Source of the DNA: Escherichia phage UPWr_E1
Length of the DNA stretch: 64,000 nt
Direction: 5' to 3' (one strand)
Sequence record: PP418985.1
Shown: piece by piece, positions 53,124 through 61,263 of the stretch
Layout of the letters: the number at the start of each line of letters is the position of its first letter
How positions within the stretch are numbered: the first letter of the stretch is position 1
Program-made: the position numbers and the translations under genes
The notes under the pieces: model-generated
Seen by the model: the letters and a program-made list of their open reading frames with translations, nothing else
Told to the model about the DNA's origin: nothing
Databases searched by the model: none

Positions 53124-53597
53124 ATGGGAGGATCTAACACTTATAAGGGCAAGTATGTTCCTGAGAATAAGGAAAAGTATAAAGGGGATATACGTAAAAT
53201 CACATACCGTTCAAGCTGGGAAAGATGGATCATGCAGTGGCTAGACCGCAATCCTAGAGTTGCAAAATGGGGATCTGAGACCGTAGTAATTCCTTATGAG
53301 TCATCAACAGACGGAAAAAGACACAGATACTTTATGGACTTTTACGTTAAGTTTGATGATGGCAAGGAGCATTTATGGGAAGTTAAACCAGCTAAAGAGA
53401 CAAGGCCACCTGAAAAGCCAAAAAGAATGACCGCGAAGACAAAGCAACGGTATATGCATGAAGTATGGACGTACACAAAAAATACTGAAAAATGGTTAGC
53501 TGCCGTGAAATTATGCCAAAAGCATAACATGGAGTTTAAGATCATCACCGAACATGCATTAAAGAAAGTATTTGGCTTTAAAGGGCTTAACAAATAG
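53124..53597 (+). CDS. 4: Head completion protein gp4
   Basis: 157 aa (T4 gp4 150 aa); position next to gene 53 as in T4 (57-1-3-2-4-53). Confidence 0.55.
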   Translation: MGGSNTYKGKYVPENKEKYKGDIRKITYRSSWERWIMQWLDRNPRVAKWGSETVVIPYESSTDGKRHRYFMDFYVKFDDGKEHLWEVKPAKETRPPEKPKRMTAKTKQRYMHEVWTYTKNTEKWLAAVKLCQKHNMEFKIITEHALKKVFGFKGLNK

Positions 53598-53608
53598 AGG
53601 ATAATATT

Positions 53609-54430
53609 ATGAGCGTATTTGAAATAATCACAGAAGACGAAAAGCCGTCTCCCCAAAAACGAAAGTCTAAACAGTGGGTCGAATTGGGTGTAGAATTTGC
53701 GAAAGCAAAAGCCAAAGGCATGACAGCTAAAGCATTTGCAGATTCTAAGGGAATAGCCTATGCGACTTTCACTAAAAGTATGTCTCGTTATGCCAGCGAA
53801 ATTAAAACAGCTATAGAAGTTGAAAAACTAAAAGGGAAAGGTGCAAAGGGTCTCAATAAGCAGCAACGCGCAATGATGATGATTAATGATTTTCGTGCGT
53901 CTATGCGTGCTGTATCAAAGAGTCGTCCTAAAGAAAAATCACAGGAGTGGTTTACTAAAACAATAAAAGCGGGAATAAAGGGACACCAGATTGTAAAACC
54001 GCAAGTAGGGCGAATCTATACCTTTATGTATGATGCGAAGTATAAAGACACTTTGCCATATTGGGATGTTTTCCCGCTGATCATTTGTCTGGGTGATTCT
54101 AAGACAAAGGCGGGTAATACTGTAATGCTAGGTCTTAACTTACACTATGTAACGCCTAAAGCCCGTCAGCAGTTTCTGGAAGCACTTTTAAAGCAATATG
54201 CATCTACTCCTACCTTGAGCAATAAAACACGCTTAAAAATCAAATGGAGCGATGTAAAAGGTATGCGTGGAAGTGATCACATGATCAAAGCATATCTACC
54301 AGGACACATTAAAACAAAACTTGTTGAGATTAGCCCGAAAGACTGGAGCAATATTATCTATATGCCTACATATCAGTTTATGTCAAAAGGCAAGAAATAC
54401 GACGCAAGGAAAGTTTGGAAGGATGCATAA
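53609..54430 (+). CDS. 2: DNA end protector protein gp2
   Basis: 273 aa (T4 gp2 274 aa); position between genes 4 and 3. Confidence 0.55.
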   Translation: MSVFEIITEDEKPSPQKRKSKQWVELGVEFAKAKAKGMTAKAFADSKGIAYATFTKSMSRYASEIKTAIEVEKLKGKGAKGLNKQQRAMMMINDFRASMRAVSKSRPKEKSQEWFTKTIKAGIKGHQIVKPQVGRIYTFMYDAKYKDTLPYWDVFPLIICLGDSKTKAGNTVMLGLNLHYVTPKARQQFLEALLKQYASTPTLSNKTRLKIKWSDVKGMRGSDHMIKAYLPGHIKTKLVEISPKDWSNIIYMPTYQFMSKGKKYDARKVWKDA

Positions 54431-54434
54431 GATT

Positions 54435-54458
54435 AAGCCCGTCAATGACGGGCTTTTT
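54435..54458 (+). terminator. Rho-independent terminator after gene 2
   Basis: aagcccgtc-aatg-acgggctt hairpin followed by ttttt. Confidence 0.65.
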
Positions 54459-54460
54459 TA

Positions 54461-54715
54461 TTATAGATCGATAGCATGAGCATAACCATGTAAGAAGTCT
54501 TTTAATTCTTCCTTATTGGTAACACGCTGTAAAATCTCTAATGCCTTGTCGCGATCACGTAATGCACCTGAAAGGGATTTTATTTGGTCATCCCTTTCTG
54601 CAATCTGCTTAAGCAGATCTGTATTGCATTTAGACAAATAGAGAACTTCACCCCGCAATGTTGCCAATTCGTTGTCCAAACGATCATAGAGTTTTAACAA
54701 AATGTCTTCTGTCAT
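54461..54715 (-). CDS. Hypothetical coiled-coil protein (84 aa)
   Basis: ORF antisense to the gene 2/3 cluster; heptad-like pattern; no T4 counterpart recalled at this position. Confidence 0.4.
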   Translation of the reverse strand: MTEDILLKLYDRLDNELATLRGEVLYLSKCNTDLLKQIAERDDQIKSLSGALRDRDKALEILQRVTNKEELKDFLHGYAHAIDL

Positions 54716-54784
54716 AAGAAGTCCTCGTATAGTACCCGTTTTATTTATTACTGTATAAAAATATAGTTATTGGTTAAAACATAA

Positions 54785-54827
54785 CCAAAACGAAGAAAGA
54801 TCTTTAGAATAATAAAAATTTGTTTCG
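54785..54827. repeat. Third copy of the intergenic repeat (core 43 bp)
   Basis: ccaaaacgaagaaagatctttagaataataaaaatttgtttcg, near-identical to the core of copies A and B at 16936..17156. Confidence 0.7.
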
Positions 54828-54904
54828 GTTAAAAAGTAGTCAGTGCCTACGGCACGTCGCAAAGCGACAATTGTTAATAAATATTTTCATTTGAGGAATC
54901 AGTA

Positions 54905-55495
54905 ATGTCTAATCTCTTTAACTATGCTAACCCTAGCAACTGGCAGATCAATATTCCAGATGGACAACTAACAAAAGGCTTTACTTTAAATGCTCAAGGT
55001 GTTACACTTCCTGCTATAACCATTCCACCGACTAAGCAAGTTGCTGGTCAATATGGTTTGGCGGTCGCTGATTATCCGTCTAGTCATGTAGAGTTTGACC
55101 CGTTGGTAGTCCGGTTTATTGTCGATGAGCATTTGGAAAGCTATCTAAACCTTTACACATGGATGCTTTCTATAGTAGACTACAATAACGGTAACTCCAC
55201 TGCGTGGAAGGATTCAATGCCGGAAGCCGTTCAAGTTCACATGATGGACAATGAACGCCGTAACATTGTATGCACCTTTAACTTTTATGGTTGTTGGTGT
55301 TCACAATTGGGGGAACTTGAGTTAACATACACCGATGATATGCATGAATCTCTGGTATGTACTGCAATTCTTCCATTTAAAACAATGAGCATTGAACGTG
55401 ATGGTCAACTGATCGTTCCTCGCCCTGCAATTCAGGCGGCGGATCGTCAGCGAGTGGAAGGTATTAAAGCTATGCACCCTGCTTTTAGAAAGTAA
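54905..55495 (+). CDS. 3: Tail completion / sheath stabilizer protein gp3
   Basis: 196 aa (T4 gp3 176 aa); position between genes 2 and 1. Confidence 0.55.
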   Translation: MSNLFNYANPSNWQINIPDGQLTKGFTLNAQGVTLPAITIPPTKQVAGQYGLAVADYPSSHVEFDPLVVRFIVDEHLESYLNLYTWMLSIVDYNNGNSTAWKDSMPEAVQVHMMDNERRNIVCTFNFYGCWCSQLGELELTYTDDMHESLVCTAILPFKTMSIERDGQLIVPRPAIQAADRQRVEGIKAMHPAFRK

Positions 55496-55510
55496 TAAGA
55501 GGCTTATATA

Positions 55511-56167
55511 ATGAAATTGATTGCACTTTGTGGTAAAAAGCGAGTAGGAAAAGACACTGCCGCGTTAATCATTGATGGACATAGTTATCAACTGGCAGCA
55601 CCGATCAAAGAAATCTTATGCGAATGTCAACCGGAATTAGGACTGACTTATCTTGACTTTGACGGGTTGGGGCGTGACAGAGAAGCCGATCTAGGTATTG
55701 ATACATATACCGCGCATAAGTGGTTTATTCAGTGTCTGCTTATGCTAGATTCTAAGTATGGCGGTAGTTCCTTTACTTGTGATCGTCTGGCTGAGATTTA
55801 CAAGGTCGTTAATGAGATCGGCGAAAAACATAATAACGTCTGGTCTATTCGTCTCATGTTAACCACTCTCGGTACTGATATAATGGTTAACTTGATCAAT
55901 CCGCTTTATTGGTGTAATCTCTTCGTGAATGAGTTTATGAAGCGCAAAAATGAAGAAGGGTATTTTGTAGTGGTTGATGTGCGTCAGCCTATTGAAATTG
56001 CTCTCATGCGTTCTATGGGTGCTAAGGTGTTGCATATTCAGCGTGATACTGGTATTGTATCGACTCACTCAACCGAAAAAGGAATTGTGCCTATTGACGG
56101 TGAAACCATTATCATAAATAATGGTACATTAGAAGAATTTGAAAGCGCGGTTCTAGCGAACATTTAA
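55511..56167 (+). CDS. 1: Deoxynucleoside monophosphate kinase gp1
   Basis: Matches T4 gp1 (MKLI-L-G-KR-GKDT P-loop, QLA-PIK, SIR-LM--LGTD); 218 aa. Confidence 0.85.
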   Translation: MKLIALCGKKRVGKDTAALIIDGHSYQLAAPIKEILCECQPELGLTYLDFDGLGRDREADLGIDTYTAHKWFIQCLLMLDSKYGGSSFTCDRLAEIYKVVNEIGEKHNNVWSIRLMLTTLGTDIMVNLINPLYWCNLFVNEFMKRKNEEGYFVVVDVRQPIEIALMRSMGAKVLHIQRDTGIVSTHSTEKGIVPIDGETIIINNGTLEEFESAVLANI

Positions 56168-56199
56168 TAAAAAGTTATCAACAAGTAGGAGATGTGAAT

Positions 56200-56451
56200 A
56201 TGTCCAATCAGCATGAGCAAATGATTAATGTCCTGAAAGTACGTCTGTTTGACACTCAAGAAAAGGCCGCATTCTTAGAAGGCCAACTGAAAGATCGTGA
56301 GCGTGTATTGATGGAACTGGTACGCATTCTTGGTATTCAGCCAGATGAAAATGGCACTGTTTCCCTTGATGCTATCGTCGAAGAAGTAAAAGCACTTCTC
56401 CCTAAAGACGAAGACGCAGAAGAGGAAGTAGAACTGATCACGGAGGCTTGA
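56200..56451 (+). CDS. 57A: Tail fibre assembly chaperone gp57A-like
   Basis: 83 aa coiled-coil protein (T4 gp57A 79 aa) downstream of gene 1; AGGAG Shine-Dalgarno. Confidence 0.55.
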   Translation: MSNQHEQMINVLKVRLFDTQEKAAFLEGQLKDRERVLMELVRILGIQPDENGTVSLDAIVEEVKALLPKDEDAEEEVELITEA

Positions 56452-56918
56452 TTATGACCCCGTTTCGAGAATCCGTTAAAGGTACATATGCGGCGGTTAA
56501 ATTCACTGAGGATACACTAGACCGCATTGAAAAATTGCAGGAGTTCTACGACCTGCCTAATGCCGTTCCTCGTGATAAACTGCATAGTACTATCTTATAT
56601 TCTCGTGTTTATGTTCCGTTTATCCCAGAAGAAGGGGAGAAGTTCTTAGGCTCTCTATGCCATCTGAAAGTGTTTGAAACTCAATCCGGTACTAATGCGC
56701 TTGTGCTGGCATTTGAAAGCGACTACATGCAATTCAGACACGATATCGGCACTGCTTTAGGTGCGACGTGGGATTATCCTGAATATGTACCGCATATCAC
56801 GCTTTCTTATGATGTTGGTGCGCGTAAATTTGGCACTGACCTAGAGTTCGATTTAGAGATTGTCCGATCTCATGAGTATGTCGAAGATCTAGATCTGGAG
56901 TGGACGACCAAACTGTAA
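56448..56918 (+). CDS. 57B: 57B-like 2H phosphoesterase (LigT-like) protein
   Basis: 156 aa (T4 57B 152 aa); two H-x-T/S-x motifs (HSTILY and HITLSY) typical of the 2H phosphoesterase fold. Confidence 0.6.
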   Translation: MIMTPFRESVKGTYAAVKFTEDTLDRIEKLQEFYDLPNAVPRDKLHSTILYSRVYVPFIPEEGEKFLGSLCHLKVFETQSGTNALVLAFESDYMQFRHDIGTALGATWDYPEYVPHITLSYDVGARKFGTDLEFDLEIVRSHEYVEDLDLEWTTKL

Positions 56919-56925
56919 TTCTATA

Positions 56926-56956
56926 CCCCGAAAATTTTTCGGGGTTTTTTGTTTTT
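56926..56956 (+). terminator. Rho-independent terminator after 57B
   Basis: ccccgaaaatttttcgggg hairpin followed by a T-run. Confidence 0.7.
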
Positions 56957-56961
56957 ATGTG

Positions 56962-56990
56962 TTGACAACCATAAACGACTATAGCATAAT
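56962..56990 (+). promoter_or_regulatory. Early sigma70-like promoter P1 with conserved leader
   Basis: TTGACA, 17 nt, CATAAT, then leader catcgaaacgaaacacac...GGAGAATCAAAATG. Confidence 0.65.
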
Positions 56991-57027
56991 GCACATATCG
57001 AAACGAAACACACTTAGGAGAATCAAA

Positions 57028-57405
57028 ATGATGATGATGTTTAAAGATAAATTCGAATGTCACTACACCCGTAACTTTGACTTAGTATCCCGCTACTACA
57101 TTCATAAAGAAACTGGAACGCAAGTAGTTCTTGAATCTCACAGCGAAGTAGGATTCGATTCAACAAAAGTAGCAATTAGTGCTCGCTTCTGGGATAACGG
57201 CAAATTTGCTTATATCGCTTGGAACGACGACGAAAATGTAATTACAGTAGCTTTCGGTGATGACTACTACACTAAAAAGACTTTCGATAGTAAGCCATCA
57301 AATGAATACCTGAAAGCGTATGTGCAGCACATGTTCCAACGTGTTCTGACCGGAATGGAAATCAATGTCATGAAAGACATTGTAGACGAAGTAAAATATT
57401 CTTAA
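57028..57405 (+). CDS. Hypothetical early protein (125 aa)
   Basis: ATG run (MMMMFKDKF) preceded by AGGAG; the track ORF starts earlier at 56959 inside the promoter. Confidence 0.55.
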   Translation: MMMMFKDKFECHYTRNFDLVSRYYIHKETGTQVVLESHSEVGFDSTKVAISARFWDNGKFAYIAWNDDENVITVAFGDDYYTKKTFDSKPSNEYLKAYVQHMFQRVLTGMEINVMKDIVDEVKYS

Positions 57406-57411
57406 AAATAG

Positions 57412-57440
57412 TTGACAACATGAAACGGGGGTAGTAAGAT
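57412..57440 (+). promoter_or_regulatory. Early sigma70-like promoter P2
   Basis: TTGACA, 17 nt, TAAGAT; leader ...aacgaaaGGAGAATCAAAATG. Confidence 0.55.
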
Positions 57441-57471
57441 ACCCCCACAAACAAACGAAAGGAGAATCAAA

Positions 57472-57630
57472 ATGAAATTTATCGGTAAAACTTTTATGTT
57501 CGTAGCTGGTACTCTGTTTACTGCAACTCTGTTAGCTGGTGGCTTAGATATCTTTACTGCCTTTGAAACTTTCGGGTATACTGTAGCATCGGGTGCTCTC
57601 TTCGGATTGGGTTTAGCGATTAGCAAATAA
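57472..57630 (+). CDS. Small membrane peptide (52 aa)
   Basis: GGAGAAT Shine-Dalgarno; hydrophobic Gly/Ala/Thr/Leu-rich sequence. Confidence 0.5.
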   Translation: MKFIGKTFMFVAGTLFTATLLAGGLDIFTAFETFGYTVASGALFGLGLAISK

Positions 57631-57639
57631 GGTGATAAT

Positions 57640-57843
57640 ATGGAATTGGATATGGTTAAAGCAAAATTTATGGGTAAGGATAAGAGCGGTAAAACATTTG
57701 TTATTAATAGAACATTGTTTCGCTCTGACCTTAAGTGGGTAACACAACAATTTGCGGAAGTCAACGAGGCAGTTGTGACATGCTTTGTTGATGATAAAAA
57801 AGTTTTTGAAATTGATCGTCGTGGGGTGTCTAATGATCACTAA
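57640..57843 (+). CDS. Hypothetical small protein (67 aa)
   Basis: ORF in the early operon; soluble. Confidence 0.45.
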   Translation: MELDMVKAKFMGKDKSGKTFVINRTLFRSDLKWVTQQFAEVNEAVVTCFVDDKKVFEIDRRGVSNDH

Positions 57844-58030
57844 ACTGTTTAGCAATACTTTGTTTATGATTGCATTTGTTTTCTTTCTGTGTCTGATGAT
57901 CGGTGTTGTTACAGTAGGTAGCTATTCCGGTGTTACCTTAGATGATTTTTGCAAACTTGTTTTGATCTCGTTTATACCTAGTATTCTGCTCGCTTTATGT
58001 GGTGCTTTTAAATGGCTTTGTACGCTATGA
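57833..58030 (+). CDS. Small membrane protein (65 aa)
   Basis: ATG at 57833 overlapping the upstream stop; two hydrophobic segments. Confidence 0.45.
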   Translation: MITKLFSNTLFMIAFVFFLCLMIGVVTVGSYSGVTLDDFCKLVLISFIPSILLALCGAFKWLCTL

Positions 58031-58133
58031 ACGAAATAGAACGAATGATGTTGATAGGTGGACCTGAGTTCACTAAATTTGATGCAATTCTTATTGCGTT
58101 TGGTTTTCTTATGATCTTTTGTATGGTGGCGCT

Positions 58134-58358
58134 ATGAGTAGTATAAAATATTTCGCTTTCTTGTGCTTTATGATGTTCTTTACATTCTTAGCATGTGTTT
58201 TCTTTACCTGGCTTGCTCATGTTGATAATGCAACCGGACCGTTTTACTTCTTCTGTGTATTGTCTGTGTTGACTGGTGCTTTTGTTACGTGGATGATTCG
58301 AGATTGTTACGGAATGTATAAGTTTGAAAAGACTCGACCGAAATGGGGCAAACGATGA
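58134..58358 (+). CDS. Small membrane protein (74 aa)
   Basis: ATG 58134; two predicted transmembrane segments. Confidence 0.45.
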   Translation: MSSIKYFAFLCFMMFFTFLACVFFTWLAHVDNATGPFYFFCVLSVLTGAFVTWMIRDCYGMYKFEKTRPKWGKR

Positions 58359-58537
58359 AATTATTTGCGTGGCTAATTATTTTAAATGTAATTGTTAAGA
58401 CCTTTCTCGCTGGTCTGATGATGGCGCATAGCACCGAACCAGAAGAAGCATTAACGTATTTTGTTGCTTATGTGTTGGGATTCTTGCTTACTGCGTGGAT
58501 GTGTGATGAATATCGAAGAATTGAGGTAAAACCATGA
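58355..58537 (+). CDS. Small membrane protein (60 aa)
   Basis: ATGA-coupled to the upstream ORF; hydrophobic. Confidence 0.45.
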   Translation: MKLFAWLIILNVIVKTFLAGLMMAHSTEPEEALTYFVAYVLGFLLTAWMCDEYRRIEVKP

Positions 58538-58752
58538 AAATGACTTTTTATATCTTAGCAAGTATCATGCTTGTGATCTCTTCTGCACTATTTGCATTTC
58601 TTACCGTCTGGGGGATCTGTACTGATGCGAAGCCGTGGGATATCGTAGAAAATGCGGTTATGTTCCTGATTAGTATCATGTGTCTTTTTGATGCCTTTGA
58701 CTCTATAAAAGAAGAAGATCAAAAACGTCGCGAGAGAAAGCGATATAAATAA
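58534..58752 (+). CDS. Small membrane protein (72 aa)
   Basis: ATGA-coupled; hydrophobic N-terminal half, basic tail. Confidence 0.45.
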   Translation: MKMTFYILASIMLVISSALFAFLTVWGICTDAKPWDIVENAVMFLISIMCLFDAFDSIKEEDQKRRERKRYK

Positions 58753-58902
58753 TAGTGAACTAAAGACAGCGCGGTTAGAATGATTTGGACGTCACCTAGC
58801 CGCATTTATTACAGCGTATGGGATTGATCCGGTATGCTAAAGCATTCACTTGCTAGGCCGCTAGCAGGTTGGAGACAAGGAAGATTCGCTACCTTCCCTA
58901 TA

Positions 58903-58928
58903 AGCCACTCTTCGGAGTGGCTTTTTTA
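58903..58928 (+). terminator. Rho-independent terminator
   Basis: agccactc-ttcg-gagtggct hairpin followed by ttttt. Confidence 0.65.
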
Positions 58929-58954
58929 TTGCCTAAAATTTTTTAAAAAAGTTG

Positions 58955-58983
58955 TTGACTCCAGGTCCAGCCTATAGCATAAT
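58955..58983 (+). promoter_or_regulatory. Early sigma70-like promoter P3 with conserved leader
   Basis: TTGACT, 17 nt, CATAAT; leader catcgaaacgaaacacac...GGAGAATCAAAttATG. Confidence 0.6.
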
Positions 58984-59029
58984 ACACACATCGAAACGAA
59001 ACACACTTTCTTAAACGGAGAATCAAATT

Positions 59030-59215
59030 ATGGCACGTCGCATCACTAAAGCACTGAAAGCAGTAAGCAAAGAAAACGTAGTAGCTATTCTGGTAATCTG
59101 GGGTTATAACGAAGAATCCGCTAAACAGAAAGTTGAAGCAGGGTTTGAGATGGCAGTAAAAGCAATGCCGAATGATGACTCTGTAGGGCTGGCAAATTAT
59201 ATCGCATATTTCTGA
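59030..59215 (+). CDS. Hypothetical small protein (61 aa)
   Basis: ORF behind P3 and its leader. Confidence 0.5.
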   Translation: MARRITKALKAVSKENVVAILVIWGYNEESAKQKVEAGFEMAVKAMPNDDSVGLANYIAYF

Positions 59216-59224
59216 TAAAAAGTG

Positions 59225-59254
59225 TTGACAGGGGAGGATAAACTCCCCTACAAT
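59225..59254 (+). promoter_or_regulatory. Early sigma70-like promoter P4
   Basis: TTGACA, 18 nt, TACAAT; leader ...caacgaaacGGGAGAATCAAAATG. Confidence 0.55.
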
Positions 59255-59283
59255 ACAACCATCAACGAAACGGGAGAATCAAA

Positions 59284-59505
59284 ATGATTAACTTTAAAGA
59301 CGCAGCAAAAGAAATTATCGACTTTGAGCGCGAACTGTTTGAAATGGAACCTAATATGAGTAAACTGGAACTGGCTAACCAGATCTGGTGCTCTAAAATG
59401 AATCCAGCAGACCGCTTAGAAGTTGTGAACATCGTAGGTGAAGTGAAAGGTAGTGCATTAATGAAACTCCGCGCTTGTCACGCTTACATTGCTGATCAAC
59501 TGTGA
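59284..59505 (+). CDS. Hypothetical small protein (73 aa)
   Basis: ORF behind P4. Confidence 0.5.
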   Translation: MINFKDAAKEIIDFERELFEMEPNMSKLELANQIWCSKMNPADRLEVVNIVGEVKGSALMKLRACHAYIADQL

Positions 59506-59515
59506 GGGATATATC

Positions 59516-59710
59516 ATGGGAGATAAACCATTAGTACAACTAAGAGTACGCTATAACCAGATTTTAGCATTACTTAAAGCTGAGGGTGTAGATCCATCGG
59601 ACCGCGAGGCTGTAAAAGCGTGTCTATCTGATACGGTACAACCAAAGCATAATTTTGCTTGTTATATGTACTTTTACAGTAGGTTGAATAGACCGTTTGA
59701 GTTTGAATAA
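59516..59710 (+). CDS. Hypothetical small protein (64 aa)
   Basis: ATG at 59516 with GAGGGA Shine-Dalgarno. Confidence 0.45.
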   Translation: MGDKPLVQLRVRYNQILALLKAEGVDPSDREAVKACLSDTVQPKHNFACYMYFYSRLNRPFEFE

Positions 59711-59732
59711 CGTTAAGTGTTGAGGTGATACT

Positions 59733-59933
59733 ATGGATATTAAAGAGCAACTTGTATTAGTTCGAGAATCGGCTAAAGACCACGGCATGAGCGAAGAATT
59801 TGTTGAATGGTTTATTGATAACAAATTCAATCCAAGCCCAAATTCGACTTTTAACTATTTGGCTATGTCCATTATGTGGGAAGGTTGGAAAGGCGCGGTA
59901 GAAACTGCCTTAAAAATTATGAAAAAAGACTAA
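59733..59933 (+). CDS. Hypothetical small protein (66 aa)
   Basis: ORF with GAGGTGA Shine-Dalgarno. Confidence 0.45.
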   Translation: MDIKEQLVLVRESAKDHGMSEEFVEWFIDNKFNPSPNSTFNYLAMSIMWEGWKGAVETALKIMKKD

Positions 59934-59940
59934 AAAGTTG

Positions 59941-59969
59941 TTGACACGCGAGAGGGTGTATAGCATAAT
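59941..59969 (+). promoter_or_regulatory. Early sigma70-like promoter P5 with conserved leader
   Basis: TTGACA, 17 nt, CATAAT; leader catcgaaacgaaacacac..AGGAGtATCAAAAATG. Confidence 0.6.
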
Positions 59970-60007
59970 ACACCCATCGAAACGAAACACACTAAGGAGT
60001 ATCAAAA

Positions 60008-60334
60008 ATGAAACCAGTATCTGTTAAAGTTATCTTCTCTGAATCTTCTGTATTCGCTAACGCAAACGAAGTATTCCACTTCGAAGACTTCGAGCGTAAA
60101 GCACAGGACGCGGCAGCAAAAGCCTATGAAAGCGAATATGACAAAACTCAAATCGAGGTTACTTTCGAAAACGGCACTACTTACGCTTGCCGCCTTGACC
60201 TGGGTGATCGTCTGTCTGGCTTCCGTCACCATGTAGAGAAGACAATCGCTTTCTCTAAAACCGAAAAAGGAAAACACTACTTTTCTGTATTCGGTACTGA
60301 AAATCTGGATTTCTTGAAAACTGTTTCTTTCTAA
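60008..60334 (+). CDS. Hypothetical protein (108 aa)
   Basis: ORF behind P5. Confidence 0.5.
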   Translation: MKPVSVKVIFSESSVFANANEVFHFEDFERKAQDAAAKAYESEYDKTQIEVTFENGTTYACRLDLGDRLSGFRHHVEKTIAFSKTEKGKHYFSVFGTENLDFLKTVSF

Positions 60335-60342
60335 GGTACAAT

Positions 60343-60525
60343 ATGAAAAAGATTAATTGGTTAGCGAACATAGGCGCGGTATGCGCCTTTAACATCCTCG
60401 GATGGATAATGTTACATTTTGATGAGCGAGTTTCAAAATGTGACGGTGCATTAATTCTCGGATCGGCTAGCATATTCATTATGCTGTATGCAATTGCTGT
60501 TGACTTAAGCCGCGAGGATTGTTAA
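60343..60525 (+). CDS. Small membrane protein (60 aa)
   Basis: Hydrophobic ORF. Confidence 0.4.
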   Translation: MKKINWLANIGAVCAFNILGWIMLHFDERVSKCDGALILGSASIFIMLYAIAVDLSREDC

Positions 60526-60526
60526 T

Positions 60527-60724
60527 ATGACGATCAAGAATATGTTTTTCAACTTCGTAGGTGCTTCCATTCTTTCAATGCTATATCTTGTGATTGTATG
60601 GATGGGCGACTATGAATTAACTAACGATGAAAATCTGACAGTGTTTACTGTCTTGACGATGATCATTTACACTGTCTTTCTTGTCTTGGATTTTATTGTG
60701 TTTCTTTACAAAACGGTGACTTGA
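60527..60724 (+). CDS. Small membrane protein (65 aa)
   Basis: Hydrophobic ORF; two predicted transmembrane segments. Confidence 0.4.
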   Translation: MTIKNMFFNFVGASILSMLYLVIVWMGDYELTNDENLTVFTVLTMIIYTVFLVLDFIVFLYKTVT

Positions 60725-60921
60725 TGACGATTAGGAAAAATGATATTGGTTTTGTTGCGGGTATCGCTAGCGTCTTTACTGTTGTTATTTTGCTAATGCT
60801 TTTACCCGGTGTATTCTCTGACCAGATTGAATTGTATATAGCTTTTATCTGTTGCATTTATACTTGGTTTGCAATGTTTGTGATTAGTCTAATTATGCAA
60901 TTCGTAGTTAACAAATTTTAA
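60721..60921 (+). CDS. Small membrane protein (66 aa)
   Basis: Hydrophobic ORF; ATGA coupling to the upstream ORF. Confidence 0.4.
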   Translation: MMTIRKNDIGFVAGIASVFTVVILLMLLPGVFSDQIELYIAFICCIYTWFAMFVISLIMQFVVNKF

Positions 60922-60942
60922 ATTTAATGTGAGGATTATATT

Positions 60943-61263
60943 ATGAGCAAACTGTTTGAAACTCCGCGTGAAATTCTGATTGACAAGCTGAAAGAACGTG
61001 GTTTTAAAATTAAAGATGCAACAAAATACAGCCGAATTGATGAAATTAAGTTGCATTCTCTTGATGAACTGGTAGAATATGTTGCGGCAGTTGCTGATCC
61101 GCAGTTTGATGTGATTGTAGGTGACGTTGAATATCTCGATAATGTATATTCATTCTTCACTTATGGTAAAATTGTGTCTGTGAAAATTTCATTCTGTGAA
61201 AATGTGGAGGTGCTTGCTAGTGAACCAGAAGAACCAACTGACAACGGTCCTACGGCAGCGTAA
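60943..61263 (+). CDS. Hypothetical protein (106 aa)
   Basis: ORF with GAGGA Shine-Dalgarno. Confidence 0.5.
   Translation: MSKLFETPREILIDKLKERGFKIKDATKYSRIDEIKLHSLDELVEYVAAVADPQFDVIVGDVEYLDNVYSFFTYGKIVSVKISFCENVEVLASEPEEPTDNGPTAA

Noticed and set aside
56959-57027. 5' extension of the 57028 ORF
   Set aside because: Would begin inside the promoter P1 -35/-10 elements; the AGGAG Shine-Dalgarno sits immediately before ATG 57028.
57402-57855. Minus-strand ORFs of 120 and 80 aa (57402..57764, 57613..57855)
   Set aside because: Antisense to the plus-strand early operon with its promoter, leader and RBS signals; hydrophobic low-complexity products.
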